Shown here: one piece after another, positions 1-9,782 of the stretch
Position numbering within the stretch: the stretch's first letter is position 1
How the letters are laid out: the number at the start of each line of letters is the position of its first letter
DNA from: an uncultured Smithella sp.
GTDB taxonomy: Bacteria; Desulfobacterota; Syntrophia; Syntrophales; Smithellaceae
NCBI GenBank assembly: GCA_964491435.1
Contig: CAZBGE010000002.1
Span: 5,256 to 69,255, forward strand
Length of the DNA: 64,000 nt
Direction of reading: 5' to 3'
Translations under genes and position numbers: made by a program
The notes under the pieces: model-generated
Seen by the model: only the letters and a program-made list of their open reading frames with translations
Databases searched by the model: none
Told to the model about the DNA's origin: nothing

Positions 1-1481
1 CCAGTGAAATTCCACTTTTGATGAATGCGGATGTGGAAAAAGAAATTCGTTCATTTCAGGGTTATGAAAGAGAATTTTTTATGTCATCTTATGAGCGTTC
101 TGGAATGTTCAAAGAGATTATCGTTGGTGAATTAAAGAAAGCGGGGGTTCCCGAGGAATTTTTCTGGCTCCCTCTGGTGGAAAGCGGATTTAAGGTAAGC
201 GCTTATTCGCGTGCGCGAGCCTTGGGGTTATGGCAGTTTATTCCCTCAACAGGATATAAATTTGGATTGATGCGTGACGAATGGATGGACGAGCGTATGG
301 ATGTCTTAAAGTCCACGCATGCAGCCATTGCATATTTAAAGGAACTGCATGGCATGTTTGGCGACTGGCTGACGGTGCTTGCGGCTTATAATTGCGGCGA
401 GGGCAGGGTTTTGCGCGTGATCTCCAGACAGCACATCAATTACTTTGATCATTTCTGGGATCTTTATTCCAACTTACCCAATGAAACCGCGCGCTATGTT
501 CCCCGTTTTCTCGCGACCCTACATATTATTAAGAATCCTTCACGATATGGGTTTGATTTGCCGACACCAAAGGATTCATTGTTTAATTATGAAACGGCGA
601 AGGTCAACAAGATGATGAAGTTGTCTGATGTGGCCTCAAAAATGGAGGTATCCGAAGACACAATTAATATACTTAATGCGGAACTAAGATCAAAAATGAC
701 GCCGGATCGGGAATATAACGTCAAAATTCCTCAGGGGACGCTTGAAAAATTCAATCTGGTTTACAACGATATCCCCGCGGCGGAAAAGCCAAATGTCAGG
801 TACAGCAGCGCCAGTAGCAGTAACAGAAATACCAGCAGCGGAAGTTCTTCTTATATCAGGCATCGCGTTCGTCCTGGTGAAACAGTGGCGTCCATCGCCA
901 AACGATATCGTGTGCCCAAGCAGGCCATTTATAAATCAAACCTGATCAACAAAAAGAAGAAATTGGCAAGAGGACGAATCATTCGTATTCCTATTAATCG
1001 CTTGGAAATCGCAAGCGTGCAAGAAAAACCTTCCGACCGGAAAATTGTTAAGGGACGTAAAGTGACCGGCGCGGTGAAAACATATAAGGTGAAGAAAGGA
1101 GATTCTTTGGCGGAAATTGCCAATCGATTTAATATTCCGGTGGCCAAACTCAAGAAAGCAAATAATTTAAAAACCAATAAGATTCAAGCTGGACGAAAAC
1201 TGAAGGTTCCATGCGATGAGGTGGGGAATATCAGCGATGAAAAGCAGGAAAAAGTAATCAAAGCGGTAAAATCGGCGGCCAAAACCAATGTTGTTGGTAA
1301 AAAATTAACGGCCGAGGAGGTTGCACAGTTGGGGACAAATAAACATATCGTAACTAAAGGAGAAAGTTTGTCCACTATTGCCCGAAAATACAACACGGAG
1401 CCAATTAAATTACAGCGAATAAACAATCTCTCCGATGATGATTCCATTGCGCCGGGACAGGTTCTTGTCGTCAAACAATAA
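1..1481 (+). CDS. mltD: Lytic murein transglycosylase with an SLT (GH23) domain and three C-terminal LysM repeats (MltD-like). The N-terminus is probably cut by the window edge.
   Basis: ORF 18..1481, but the frame stays open back to nt 3. SLT motifs 'LPLVESGF', 'GLWQFIPSTG', 'AAYNCGEG'. LysM-like repeats 'YIRHRVRPGETVASIAKRY', 'YKVKKGDSLAEIANRF', 'HIVTKGESLSTIARKY'. Confidence 0.8.
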   Translation, partial: SEIPLLMNADVEKEIRSFQGYEREFFMSSYERSGMFKEIIVGELKKAGVPEEFFWLPLVESGFKVSAYSRARALGLWQFIPSTGYKFGLMRDEWMDERMDVLKSTHAAIAYLKELHGMFGDWLTVLAAYNCGEGRVLRVISRQHINYFDHFWDLYSNLPNETARYVPRFLATLHIIKNPSRYGFDLPTPKDSLFNYETAKVNKMMKLSDVASKMEVSEDTINILNAELRSKMTPDREYNVKIPQGTLEKFNLVYNDIPAAEKPNVRYSSASSSNRNTSSGSSSYIRHRVRPGETVASIAKRYRVPKQAIYKSNLINKKKKLARGRIIRIPINRLEIASVQEKPSDRKIVKGRKVTGAVKTYKVKKGDSLAEIANRFNIPVAKLKKANNLKTNKIQAGRKLKVPCDEVGNISDEKQEKVIKAVKSAAKTNVVGKKLTAEEVAQLGTNKHIVTKGESLSTIARKYNTEPIKLQRINNLSDDDSIAPGQVLVVKQ

Positions 1482-1505
1482 TTGTTTAACGTAACCAGAT
1501 TCCAT

Positions 1506-1958
1506 TCAGATTTCATCAGACTGCGTTAATAACCGGAAAAGTTCTTTTTCTTTCTTCTTCATTCTCAGAGCATTTGTTTTAGAAGTGTTTTCATGGTTAT
1601 AGCCTATTAAATGCAACATCCCGTGAATGATTAAAAAAATTATTTCCTCATCGAAACTGAGATTGCCGCTATCCGCATCCCGGCGCGCGGTATCAACGGA
1701 GATAACGACATCACCGAGCATATTAGGATTAATGCCGCTGAATTCTCCTTCCTGAAGAGGGAAAGACATGACGTTGGTGGGCCTGTCTTTGGAAAGGTAT
1801 TGTTTGTTGAGATGTTGCATGGCTTTGTCATCGACAAACGTGATGCTGATTTCCATACCCGCACAATCCAGCAGCTTCAACAATTTAGTCACTTCCGCGC
1901 GGATTTTTCTTTTATTGATTGGAATTTGTTTCTGTTGATTTTCGATTTGTATTTTCAT
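1506..1958 (-). CDS. ybeY: rRNA maturation endoribonuclease YbeY
   Basis: 150 aa with zinc-binding motif 'HGMLHLIGYNHE'. It is the last gene of a phoH / HD / ybeY cluster and its 5' end overlaps the upstream gene by 47 nt. Confidence 0.9.
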   Translation of the reverse strand: MKIQIENQQKQIPINKRKIRAEVTKLLKLLDCAGMEISITFVDDKAMQHLNKQYLSKDRPTNVMSFPLQEGEFSGINPNMLGDVVISVDTARRDADSGNLSFDEEIIFLIIHGMLHLIGYNHENTSKTNALRMKKKEKELFRLLTQSDEI

Positions 1959-4242
1959 TGGATTCTTTCTTAACGTTTGATTCCTTCAGTGGTCCTTCGG
2001 GGTAGTCAACACGATGATGAAAGATACCCGTTAAAATTCGTGTGAACGTTTCCGCGATGGTGTTTAAATTTTTCAGGGTTAACTCGCAATCGTCCAATTG
2101 GCCATCCGCATATATCCGATCGATTCGTTCACGCACCAGCGAGCGAATTCTGGCGGGCGTCGGATTTGAAAGCGTGCGTGAGGAGGCTTCAATGACATCG
2201 CCCAGCATGACCAGGCCTGCTTCTTTGGTTTGTGGCTTAGGTCCCGGGTAACGAAAATCACTTTCCGAGAGGGAACGAATCGATTCATCCTTGTCTTTTT
2301 TGGCTTTGTCAAAAAAATAACTGACAAGACTGGTTCCGTGATGTTCACGGATAATATTGATTATCGGTTGGCCAAGTTTCACCTGTGAAGCAAGTTCGCA
2401 ACCCTCCTTAACATGAGAAATGATAATCAGCGAACTCATTTTCGGTGATAGTTTATCATGACGATTATCGTATCCCGGTTGATTCTCAATATAGTAATGC
2501 GGTTTGGCCAATTTGCCAATATCATGGTAATAAGCGCTGACTTTGGCCAGCAATGAATTGGCTCCAATAGCTTCAGCCGCGGCTTCCACCAGCGAGGCAA
2601 CGATAATACTGTGATGATATGTGCCAGGCGCTTCAATAATCATCCTTTGAAAAAGAGGTTGATTGAGATTGGCCAGTTCTAATAGCTTGATGTAGGTAAT
2701 AAATCCGAAAAGGCTTTCAAAAACAGGCGTGATGCCTGCAACCAGAATACCGGTGACAAAGCCGCCCAGAAAACCCATAGCCAGACTGATCAGCAAATCA
2801 TGAAGGTCATTAAGCAATCTCCCGGTTAGCAGATTCAGACAAAGAATGGCGGCGACATTAATAACCGCCAGGAAAATTCCAACCTTAAGAAAATTTGACC
2901 GCTGGCGGCTGTCAACGATGTGATAAGAAGCGGCTACGGATCCCAAAAACGAAAAAAGCGGAAAAATGATTTCTTCATCAAAGAGCAGACCGATAAGAAA
3001 TGATGTCAGAATACTCATGATCATCGCTACATTACGATTCACGAGCACGGCAATAATCATGGCGCCGCAGGCAAAGGGTATTGCAAAATAGCAGGCTTCA
3101 ATGGGAATAGAAGGGAAAGCCCGGTTGATGGCAATGGCGATGAAGATACCGGCTTTGACAAAAAGCATCTGTAATACGGCCACAATGGCAAAAACGAAAA
3201 AATCCAAATTGGAACGGGCGGAAGTTTTGAGCCAGTTTCGCGTCCGCCAGAAGTATAAGAGCAACGTTAGAAACATAGAGATGCAGAATATACCCAAAAT
3301 AACCAGCAGACTGGAAATCCTATTTGCCGTAATGGTTTTATGAAACGCATCCAATTTGGCCAGTTCCAAATATCCGATTTTTTCGCCTTCACGGACGATC
3401 ATTTCGTTTTTTTGCACCTGAAAATAAACTGGTTTAACGTTTTGAGCCGCCAATAACATTTTCCTGCTTGTTGCTTCCTGATTAAAGGAAAGGTTGGGTT
3501 CTATAAGCTTTTTCAGAATCAATAAAGAAAAACGCCGGGTATGAGGTTGATCGTCATTAAATACAGCATTCACTTTTCTGGCCAATACCGGATCAATATT
3601 TTTTATATTCAGAATAGACGATACATCCTTGATATTTTCTTCAACTCGCGTGATGCCGTTAACGATGGTGACACCTTTGTGTCTTTCGTTACTTTCAAAG
3701 ATGCTTCGCGTGACCAGTGTGTTTTCGTAAAATGATGATATGACTTTTGAGAGTTTTCGTAAAAGGTCATCGGAAAAGTTATTTGACCTCAAAAAAGAGT
3801 ATTCTTCCTGCGTCAGCAAAATGCCTAATGATTTTTCCAGCAGCGCCTTATGCTGTTCGTTTTTCTGTTCTTTTAACGCCAGGCTAAAAGAATTTCCAAT
3901 TTTTGTTCGGATGACAATAGCCATTTCTGAGTCGTAATCATAGATTGGCCGAACATTTGCAGATGCTTCATTTGTTTTTTGCCGGGTGGAATGAACGTCT
4001 TCGACTAAAAAATCTCGATCTGCTTTAATATTGTTCTGGGCAATCATGCCATGTTGGTATTTCGGGATGGTGTTATAGAAGGTTGGCGCAATAATCAGCG
4101 TTAAGGCGACACTTAAAAAAATTGCGATCGCCCAACGCTGAAAAAATGTATTATACAGAATCTGGAAAGAAACATTGTTCTTTTCTTTCAATTCGTGAAA
4201 GAAAGAAAATATCTTTTCCGATGTCGAGTCTAAAAAATTCAT
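1912..4242 (-). CDS. 7TM-HD (HDIG) membrane phosphohydrolase, PgpH/YqfF-like
   Basis: 776 aa. A central polytopic hydrophobic block is followed by an HD domain ('HHSIIVASLVEAAAEAIG...AYYHDIGK', 'REHHGT'). Confidence 0.85.
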   Translation of the reverse strand: MNFLDSTSEKIFSFFHELKEKNNVSFQILYNTFFQRWAIAIFLSVALTLIIAPTFYNTIPKYQHGMIAQNNIKADRDFLVEDVHSTRQKTNEASANVRPIYDYDSEMAIVIRTKIGNSFSLALKEQKNEQHKALLEKSLGILLTQEEYSFLRSNNFSDDLLRKLSKVISSFYENTLVTRSIFESNERHKGVTIVNGITRVEENIKDVSSILNIKNIDPVLARKVNAVFNDDQPHTRRFSLLILKKLIEPNLSFNQEATSRKMLLAAQNVKPVYFQVQKNEMIVREGEKIGYLELAKLDAFHKTITANRISSLLVILGIFCISMFLTLLLYFWRTRNWLKTSARSNLDFFVFAIVAVLQMLFVKAGIFIAIAINRAFPSIPIEACYFAIPFACGAMIIAVLVNRNVAMIMSILTSFLIGLLFDEEIIFPLFSFLGSVAASYHIVDSRQRSNFLKVGIFLAVINVAAILCLNLLTGRLLNDLHDLLISLAMGFLGGFVTGILVAGITPVFESLFGFITYIKLLELANLNQPLFQRMIIEAPGTYHHSIIVASLVEAAAEAIGANSLLAKVSAYYHDIGKLAKPHYYIENQPGYDNRHDKLSPKMSSLIIISHVKEGCELASQVKLGQPIINIIREHHGTSLVSYFFDKAKKDKDESIRSLSESDFRYPGPKPQTKEAGLVMLGDVIEASSRTLSNPTPARIRSLVRERIDRIYADGQLDDCELTLKNLNTIAETFTRILTGIFHHRVDYPEGPLKESNVKKESNENTNRKSTETNSNQ

Positions 4243-4247
4243 GTCAT

Positions 4248-5228
4248 TTAGTGTTTTCTCTTGTTCCAGGACGCATAAGCGGAAACGATATCAGCGACCA
4301 AAGGATGCCGGACCACATCCACCTGTGAAAAATGAACAATACGAATCGCGTCGATATTTTTCAGGATATTTTCCGCTTCAACCAGACCGGATGATTTTTC
4401 GGATGGGAGATCAATCTGGGTGATATCGCCAGTAACAACCGCTTTGGAATTGAATCCCAACCGCGTGAGAAACATTTTCATCTGTTCCGATGTCGTATTC
4501 TGGGCCTCATCCAAGATAATGAAGGAATCATTGAGTGTCCTTCCGCGCATGAAAGCAAGTGGTGCGACTTCAATCAGCCCCTTGCTGATCAGGGCGCCTG
4601 CCTTTTCCATATCCACCATGTCATAAAGCGCATCATACAGGGGTCGCAGATATGGATTGACTTTTTCGGCAAGATCACCAGGCAAAAATCCCAGCCGTTC
4701 GCCAGCTTCTACGGCGGGCCGGGTCAGAATAATGCGTTGCACTTTCTTTTCCAGTAAATGCGATGCGGCCATGGCCATGGCCAGATAGGTTTTACCAGTG
4801 CCGGCCGGTCCGACAGCCAGGACCATGTCGGAGTTTCTCATGGCGTCAATGTAGTGGCGCTGGGCAATGCTTTTGGGGGTAATCACACGTTTCTTTGATG
4901 ATATGAAAACCGTGTCCAGAAAAACGCGGGCTAAATCGAAAGAGATATCTTCGCTGAGAATGCGGTGTGCGTAATCGATATCGGATAAATGAATGCGCCA
5001 TCCCTTGCCCAAGATCGCATAAAGCTGCTTGAGCAGCAACGAAATCTTCAGCACCGCCTCTTCCTGCCCCGTGATGGCAAGGTGGTTCCCCCAAGGCTTT
5101 ATCGTGACCTGTTCCAGCTTTTCAATCAGCTTCAGGTGCTTGTCGTGTTCGCCGCAGAGACTCTTCAGTAAATTCTGATCGGTGAAAACAATTTTTTCTG
5201 TCTGAATATTTTTAGGCGCTTTAATCAA
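4248..5228 (-). CDS. phoH: PhoH-like ATPase
   Basis: Walker A 'GPAGTGKTYLAMA' and Walker B-like 'FIILDEAQN'. Apparent TTG start at 5228 with GAGG about 10 nt upstream. Confidence 0.9.
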   Translation of the reverse strand: MIKAPKNIQTEKIVFTDQNLLKSLCGEHDKHLKLIEKLEQVTIKPWGNHLAITGQEEAVLKISLLLKQLYAILGKGWRIHLSDIDYAHRILSEDISFDLARVFLDTVFISSKKRVITPKSIAQRHYIDAMRNSDMVLAVGPAGTGKTYLAMAMAASHLLEKKVQRIILTRPAVEAGERLGFLPGDLAEKVNPYLRPLYDALYDMVDMEKAGALISKGLIEVAPLAFMRGRTLNDSFIILDEAQNTTSEQMKMFLTRLGFNSKAVVTGDITQIDLPSEKSSGLVEAENILKNIDAIRIVHFSQVDVVRHPLVADIVSAYASWNKRKH

Positions 5229-5259
5229 AAATTATTAGCCTCGAAAATATTGTTTTTTT

Positions 5260-5316
5260 AATCAAATGCAGTTGCCGTTTTTTTTCGACCAGCATGAACG
5301 GCAACTGCATTTGATT
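5260..5316 (-). terminator. Perfect 20-bp inverted repeat with a 17-nt loop, downstream of the M20 gene. Possible terminator or structured element.
   Basis: AATCAAATGCAGTTGCCGTT (5260..5279) pairs exactly with AACGGCAACTGCATTTGATT (5297..5316). It lies 38 nt past the M20 stop. On the minus-strand RNA an A-tract follows it, not a U-tract, so it is not a canonical intrinsic terminator. Confidence 0.35.
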
Positions 5317-5354
5317 GATTTTCTAGCATTAGAAGTCATGCAATGCAATAGAAT

Positions 5355-6605
5355 TTAAACTTGAAGAAATAGGTGGGCAAAGACCTTGGCATTGCCCAAC
5401 ATATTGTCAATCGGGCAATTTTCATCCGGCTGATGGGCTTTCATGTTGGTTTTGGACCAGACAGCGACCGGATAGTTTCTTTTGCGCAGATAGGCGGCCA
5501 CCGTTCCCGCTCCGACGCCTCCTGCAAAGGCTTTGATTTTATATACTTTCTCGATGGCCTGCTGCAATGCGCCAACCACTGGAGCATCGGCTGGCGTGGG
5601 ACGGGCGGATTGAACATATTGTTCTTTTGAAATCTCAATTTTCACTGAAAATTTTTTTTCCACTTTCTTCGTAATCTTTTGAATCTCGTCTAAAACTTGC
5701 TCCAGATCGTATTGTGGAAGAATACGGCAATCCATATAAAAAACGTCCTCACCGGGAATGGTGTTGATATTGCCGACGTTGGCTTCTTTTTTGGTCGGTT
5801 CAAATGTGCTGACGGGAGGATCAAAAAGTGGAACAGATGCGTCGAAAATCCTGCGCAGTTTTGTCAATTGCGTTACCAGGTAAGATGCAGCCGAAAAAGC
5901 ATTGTTACCCAATTGAGGTTTGCTGCCGTGGCATTGTTTGCCGGTCGTTTTGAACCCCAGCCAGAGGATGCTTTTTTCCGCAACCTCGATAAGTGTTCCA
6001 TAGGGATTTCCTGAATCTGGAACTACAATGATATCATCATTATGAAAAATCTTTTCCGGCAAATCGAGGACATGATACAAACCTTTGCCGCTGGAAGTTT
6101 CCTCGTCCGCAACAAAGAACAGATTTACGGGAAAAGACGGAACAACTCCCTCGTCAAGAAATGCTTTTGCCGCAAAAATGGAGGCCACCATGTCCTGCTG
6201 ATTGTCTTCCGTGCCTCGGCCGTAAATATGATTGTTTTTGACATAAGCCGTGTAGGGATCGGCGCTCCAGAGGCTAAGTTCGCCCGGCGGAACAATATCC
6301 AGATGCGTGATAATCCAGATGCGGCGTGATTGCTTATGGCCTTCCAACGATGTAAAAAAGTTGGGGCGAAAACCGGACGAAACGGCGGGATCAGGCGCAT
6401 CGTAATGAGAAAAAGACTTAAAACCCATGTCAATCAGTCTTTTTTTCAGCATTTGGGCTTTCAGCATTTCTCCGTCGCCGCCATTGACCGGGCCGACGGC
6501 AGGCGCCGATGTCAGCGCTTTTTGCAGTTCAATCATATCATCGCGATAAGTGTCTATTCTGGTTGCTATTCTCTCAAATATCTTCTCGTCAATCATCTTC
6601 GTCAA
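5355..6605 (-). CDS. M20 family metallohydrolase (ArgE/DapE/CPG2-like)
   Basis: 416 aa with M20 metal-ligand motifs 'THLDIVPPGE', 'GRGTEDNQQD', 'VADEETSS'. Confidence 0.8.
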   Translation of the reverse strand: MTKMIDEKIFERIATRIDTYRDDMIELQKALTSAPAVGPVNGGDGEMLKAQMLKKRLIDMGFKSFSHYDAPDPAVSSGFRPNFFTSLEGHKQSRRIWIITHLDIVPPGELSLWSADPYTAYVKNNHIYGRGTEDNQQDMVASIFAAKAFLDEGVVPSFPVNLFFVADEETSSGKGLYHVLDLPEKIFHNDDIIVVPDSGNPYGTLIEVAEKSILWLGFKTTGKQCHGSKPQLGNNAFSAASYLVTQLTKLRRIFDASVPLFDPPVSTFEPTKKEANVGNINTIPGEDVFYMDCRILPQYDLEQVLDEIQKITKKVEKKFSVKIEISKEQYVQSARPTPADAPVVGALQQAIEKVYKIKAFAGGVGAGTVAAYLRKRNYPVAVWSKTNMKAHQPDENCPIDNMLGNAKVFAHLFLQV

Positions 6606-6613
6606 ACCTCATT

Positions 6614-8044
6614 CTATGGTTGTGGTGAAATAAAAACAGGTTTTTCCCAACTATCAGGCAATTTACCGAACCGGTCCGTATCTCCGACAATAACCGTCAA
6701 TTTTTTCCCCTTATGTAGATACCCGGCGGCAACACGTTTTAAATCACCAAGAGTCAAAGCCTCGATTCTTTTTCGATAGCCGAGCAGATGGTCGGCAGGT
6801 AAATTTTCATAGTCGATGGTCATTTGCTGAGAAACAATGTCGCCTGGTTGCTCAAAGGAAAAGATAAAACCGTTAATGGTGGATTTCTTCGCCCATTCCA
6901 GTTCGCTTTGCGTGATGGTTCCGGCGGCGATATTCTTCATGATGGAATTTATCAAGTTCAGCGCCTGAATAGTTGATTCCGTTTTAGTAAAAGCATATGT
7001 TCCGAAAACGCCGTAATTTGGTCGCGCACGGTAGAAACTACCAGCACTGTAAGCAAGCCCCTCGTTATTACGCACCGCGCTAAATATGCGTGAAGGGAAA
7101 CCGCCGCTGCCAATAATAAAATCAAGCAACGAAAAAGCATAATAATGCGGATCATTTTTACTGACCGTGAATTCGCCGCTAACCACGGTCGATTGCGGAA
7201 GCTGTTTCCGGATCAGAAAAACGCCATGCCCCGCCCGGATAGGAGGGCTGGCGATATTCAGGCCGTTTTGCGAATTTTTCCAGTCACCGAAGTATTGTCT
7301 AATTTTATTGATGGCTTCTTCTTTGGAAACGTCTCCGGAAACGGCTATCAGCATATTGGCTGGAAAAAAATATGCCTTGTGAAACGCAGTAAGATCATCA
7401 CGAACGATTTTGCGGAGAGATTCCGGCGTCGCGTAGCGGCCGCGCGGATCGTCAGGATACAACAGGCGGTTGAATTCACGAAAAGCCAAACGCTGCGGAT
7501 TATCCGCAATCCGGCGCAGTTCTTCCTGCTTTAATGAAAGCGCCAGGGATAGTTTTTCTTCCTCAAATGCTGGCTTCATCAGCATCTGGGAAAACAAATC
7601 CAGGCAGGCGTCCAGGTCGTTTTTGAGAAAAGAAAATTTGAGTGAAGCGGAATCTAGAGACATGGTAATCGATGGCGAGGCCGCAAGGAAATCCAAGCGC
7701 TTGTCGATTTCGGCGCTCGGCAGTTTTGATGTGCCGCCAGTTCTCATGACGGAGGCGGTCAGATCCGCCAAGCCTTCTTTACCAGCAGGGTCATACATAG
7801 AGCCGGTTCGCAACATGACGGATATGGATACAAGCGGCAATTCGCGATCCTGTAAAAAAAATAAAACCATGCCATTGTCCAGCACAATCCGTTCGGCTTG
7901 CGGGATGCGAAATCCCAGAGCGGGATATTTAATTTTTCCGGGTGGCTGGAATGTGGAACCGGCAAGAGCATTTAACGGGAGAATTTCGCACAACAGGAAC
8001 AGGGTTAAATTTACTAATAGGTAATAATAAATATTATTTCTCAT
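6614..8044 (-). CDS. M16 family peptidase-like protein, non-catalytic subunit type
   Basis: 476 aa with a signal-like N-terminus and M16-like layout. The HxxEH site is replaced ('GLADLTASVMRTGGT'). It starts 1 nt after the upstream M16 gene ends. Confidence 0.75.
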   Translation of the reverse strand: MRNNIYYYLLVNLTLFLLCEILPLNALAGSTFQPPGKIKYPALGFRIPQAERIVLDNGMVLFFLQDRELPLVSISVMLRTGSMYDPAGKEGLADLTASVMRTGGTSKLPSAEIDKRLDFLAASPSITMSLDSASLKFSFLKNDLDACLDLFSQMLMKPAFEEEKLSLALSLKQEELRRIADNPQRLAFREFNRLLYPDDPRGRYATPESLRKIVRDDLTAFHKAYFFPANMLIAVSGDVSKEEAINKIRQYFGDWKNSQNGLNIASPPIRAGHGVFLIRKQLPQSTVVSGEFTVSKNDPHYYAFSLLDFIIGSGGFPSRIFSAVRNNEGLAYSAGSFYRARPNYGVFGTYAFTKTESTIQALNLINSIMKNIAAGTITQSELEWAKKSTINGFIFSFEQPGDIVSQQMTIDYENLPADHLLGYRKRIEALTLGDLKRVAAGYLHKGKKLTVIVGDTDRFGKLPDSWEKPVFISPQP

Positions 8045-8045
8045 C

Positions 8046-9548
8046 TTATTCTTTGACCGTTTTTTTGTTTAATACTGCTATCGTCCGATTTTCAGCCGTC
8101 AGGTATTTGGCCGCCGCTGCCTGAATATCGCCGGCCGTCACTTTTTCAATTTGAGCATGGTAATTCGCAAAATACCGGTAATCACCCAACAGCAGTTCAT
8201 AATATGAAAGGGTGGATGCCAGTTCGGAATTGGAATCCAGGCTTTTCAGATAATCCATCTTTATTTGTTTTTTGGCCTTCCGCAATTCTTCTTCGGTTAC
8301 AGGTTGGTTCCTGATATTCTCCAACTCCCGGAAGATGACGGCTTGAAGCTCATCATTTGTGTGAGGATGACGAGGTTTGGCGAAAATCGCAAACAGATTG
8401 GGATAGCGTGTGGCGGGCAGACCGTTATGAACACTGACGCTTTCGGCAATTTGCATCTCCAGGATCAGTTTTGAATACAAGCGGCTGGTCCTGCCTTTGC
8501 TTAAAATAGCCTCCAAGACATCTAATGTATAATCGTCAGGATCGGGAGCGGTCGGCTTGTGATAACCGATGATCATGGAAGGATTGGCATCGAAAGCAAT
8601 TTCAACCTTTCTTTCCACGGTTTGCCGCGGTTCCACCGGAATGAAAACAGGTTGAGAATCGCCCTTGGAGATCCGTCCAAAGTAACGATTAATCAGCTTC
8701 AGTGTTTTCTTTGGATTAATGTCTCCGACTACGGCAATGATGATATTTCCCGGCGACAAATATTTTTGGTGAATACTCCGGATGGCGGAAGGGCTCATGT
8801 ATGATAAATCCTGACGCAGGCCGAGAATCGGCACGCCATAAGGATGAACCTGATAAGCGGTTTTCATGAAAGCCTCATAAAGTTTCCCGTCGGGGCTGGC
8901 TTCCGTCCGCTGACGCCACTCTTCCAGAATGACATCCCGCTCCGTGTAGAAATCGCGGAAGACGGGGTTGAGCAGACGATCCGCTTCAATGCGCGCCCAG
9001 AGCTCGATTTTATTGGCGGGCAGACTGACAAAATAAGTTGTCACATCCTGACCGGTGGATGCATTCATTTCCAGGCCGCCGTTTTCCGTGTAGAGACGGT
9101 CGATTTCATTGGGAATGTAATACTGCCGGTGTTCAGATTGCCATTTTTTCAGTTGAACGGTAAGGCGCTCGATGCGCTTTGGATCAGCCTCTTTCAATTT
9201 CTTTTTTTCGCGATCCAGAGCCAGTCCAGTTTCTTCGATTTGGGCCAGTAGCTTTTTTTCCTTAACGTAATGCTTCGTGCCAATGGTTGTTGTGCCTTTA
9301 AACATCATATGTTCCAGAAAGTGGGCCGCGCCGCTTTGCCCCCTGGCCTCATCAACCGCACCCACACGGTAGCGGATATAAAGGGATACGGTGGGGCTGA
9401 ATTTGCGATCCAGCATGAGTACGGTTAGGCCATTATTAAGTTTGGCTTTGATGACTTTCTTCTCCAGGTCAAACGCCTGTGCCCATCCGGATAACCCCAG
9501 AACAAGCAATCCGAGCAGCATTAAAAGGAATTTATTTCGTGTCCGCAT
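8046..9548 (-). CDS. M16 family zinc peptidase (pitrilysin-like), catalytic subunit type
   Basis: 'GAAHFLEHMMFKGT' is the HxxEH inverted zincin motif. Signal peptide 'KFLLMLLGLLVLGLSGWAQA'. ATG 9548 preferred over the ORF-track start at 9596. Confidence 0.85.
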   Translation of the reverse strand: MRTRNKFLLMLLGLLVLGLSGWAQAFDLEKKVIKAKLNNGLTVLMLDRKFSPTVSLYIRYRVGAVDEARGQSGAAHFLEHMMFKGTTTIGTKHYVKEKKLLAQIEETGLALDREKKKLKEADPKRIERLTVQLKKWQSEHRQYYIPNEIDRLYTENGGLEMNASTGQDVTTYFVSLPANKIELWARIEADRLLNPVFRDFYTERDVILEEWRQRTEASPDGKLYEAFMKTAYQVHPYGVPILGLRQDLSYMSPSAIRSIHQKYLSPGNIIIAVVGDINPKKTLKLINRYFGRISKGDSQPVFIPVEPRQTVERKVEIAFDANPSMIIGYHKPTAPDPDDYTLDVLEAILSKGRTSRLYSKLILEMQIAESVSVHNGLPATRYPNLFAIFAKPRHPHTNDELQAVIFRELENIRNQPVTEEELRKAKKQIKMDYLKSLDSNSELASTLSYYELLLGDYRYFANYHAQIEKVTAGDIQAAAAKYLTAENRTIAVLNKKTVKE

Positions 9549-9771
9549 GATCCATCTCATTATTTGATTTGTTCGGGAAAAAGCGAAAATAAACATAAAG
9601 GAGGCTGGCGATGGAAAACAGGATGATGAAGGAAGCAGAAAACAATGTCATGACAAATTCCAGGGGGTTAGCCATTTTAAAAGAACGTATCAGAATATCG
9701 ACGCCGAATACCAGGAAAAATAACGACAACGCAAGCACAACAATATTTTTGATCACAACCAGCGCATTCAT
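9532..9771 (-). CDS. Small two-helix membrane protein, unknown family
   Basis: 79 aa with two long hydrophobic segments. There is an 11-nt gap to the radical SAM gene and a 17-nt overlap with the M16 start. No motif recognised. Confidence 0.4.
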   Translation of the reverse strand: MNALVVIKNIVVLALSLFFLVFGVDILIRSFKMANPLEFVMTLFSASFIILFSIASLLYVYFRFFPNKSNNEMDHADTK

Positions 9772-9782
9772 TGCGTAAGACC

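Noticed and set aside
1912-1958. The 47-nt overlap between the 7TM-HD gene and ybeY, as a possible frameshift or fusion
   Set aside because: Both proteins are full length with their own termini. YbeY starts with a typical 'MKIQIEN' N-terminus. The overlap is compatible with translational coupling, and no disrupted frame is seen.
9532-9771. The 79-aa ORF as a RiPP precursor for the adjacent radical SAM and M16 peptidases
   Set aside because: The sequence is dominated by two ~20-residue hydrophobic helices, so it looks like a membrane protein. It has no Cys/Ser/Thr/Gly-rich core or leader-like region. It is kept only as a hypothetical membrane protein.
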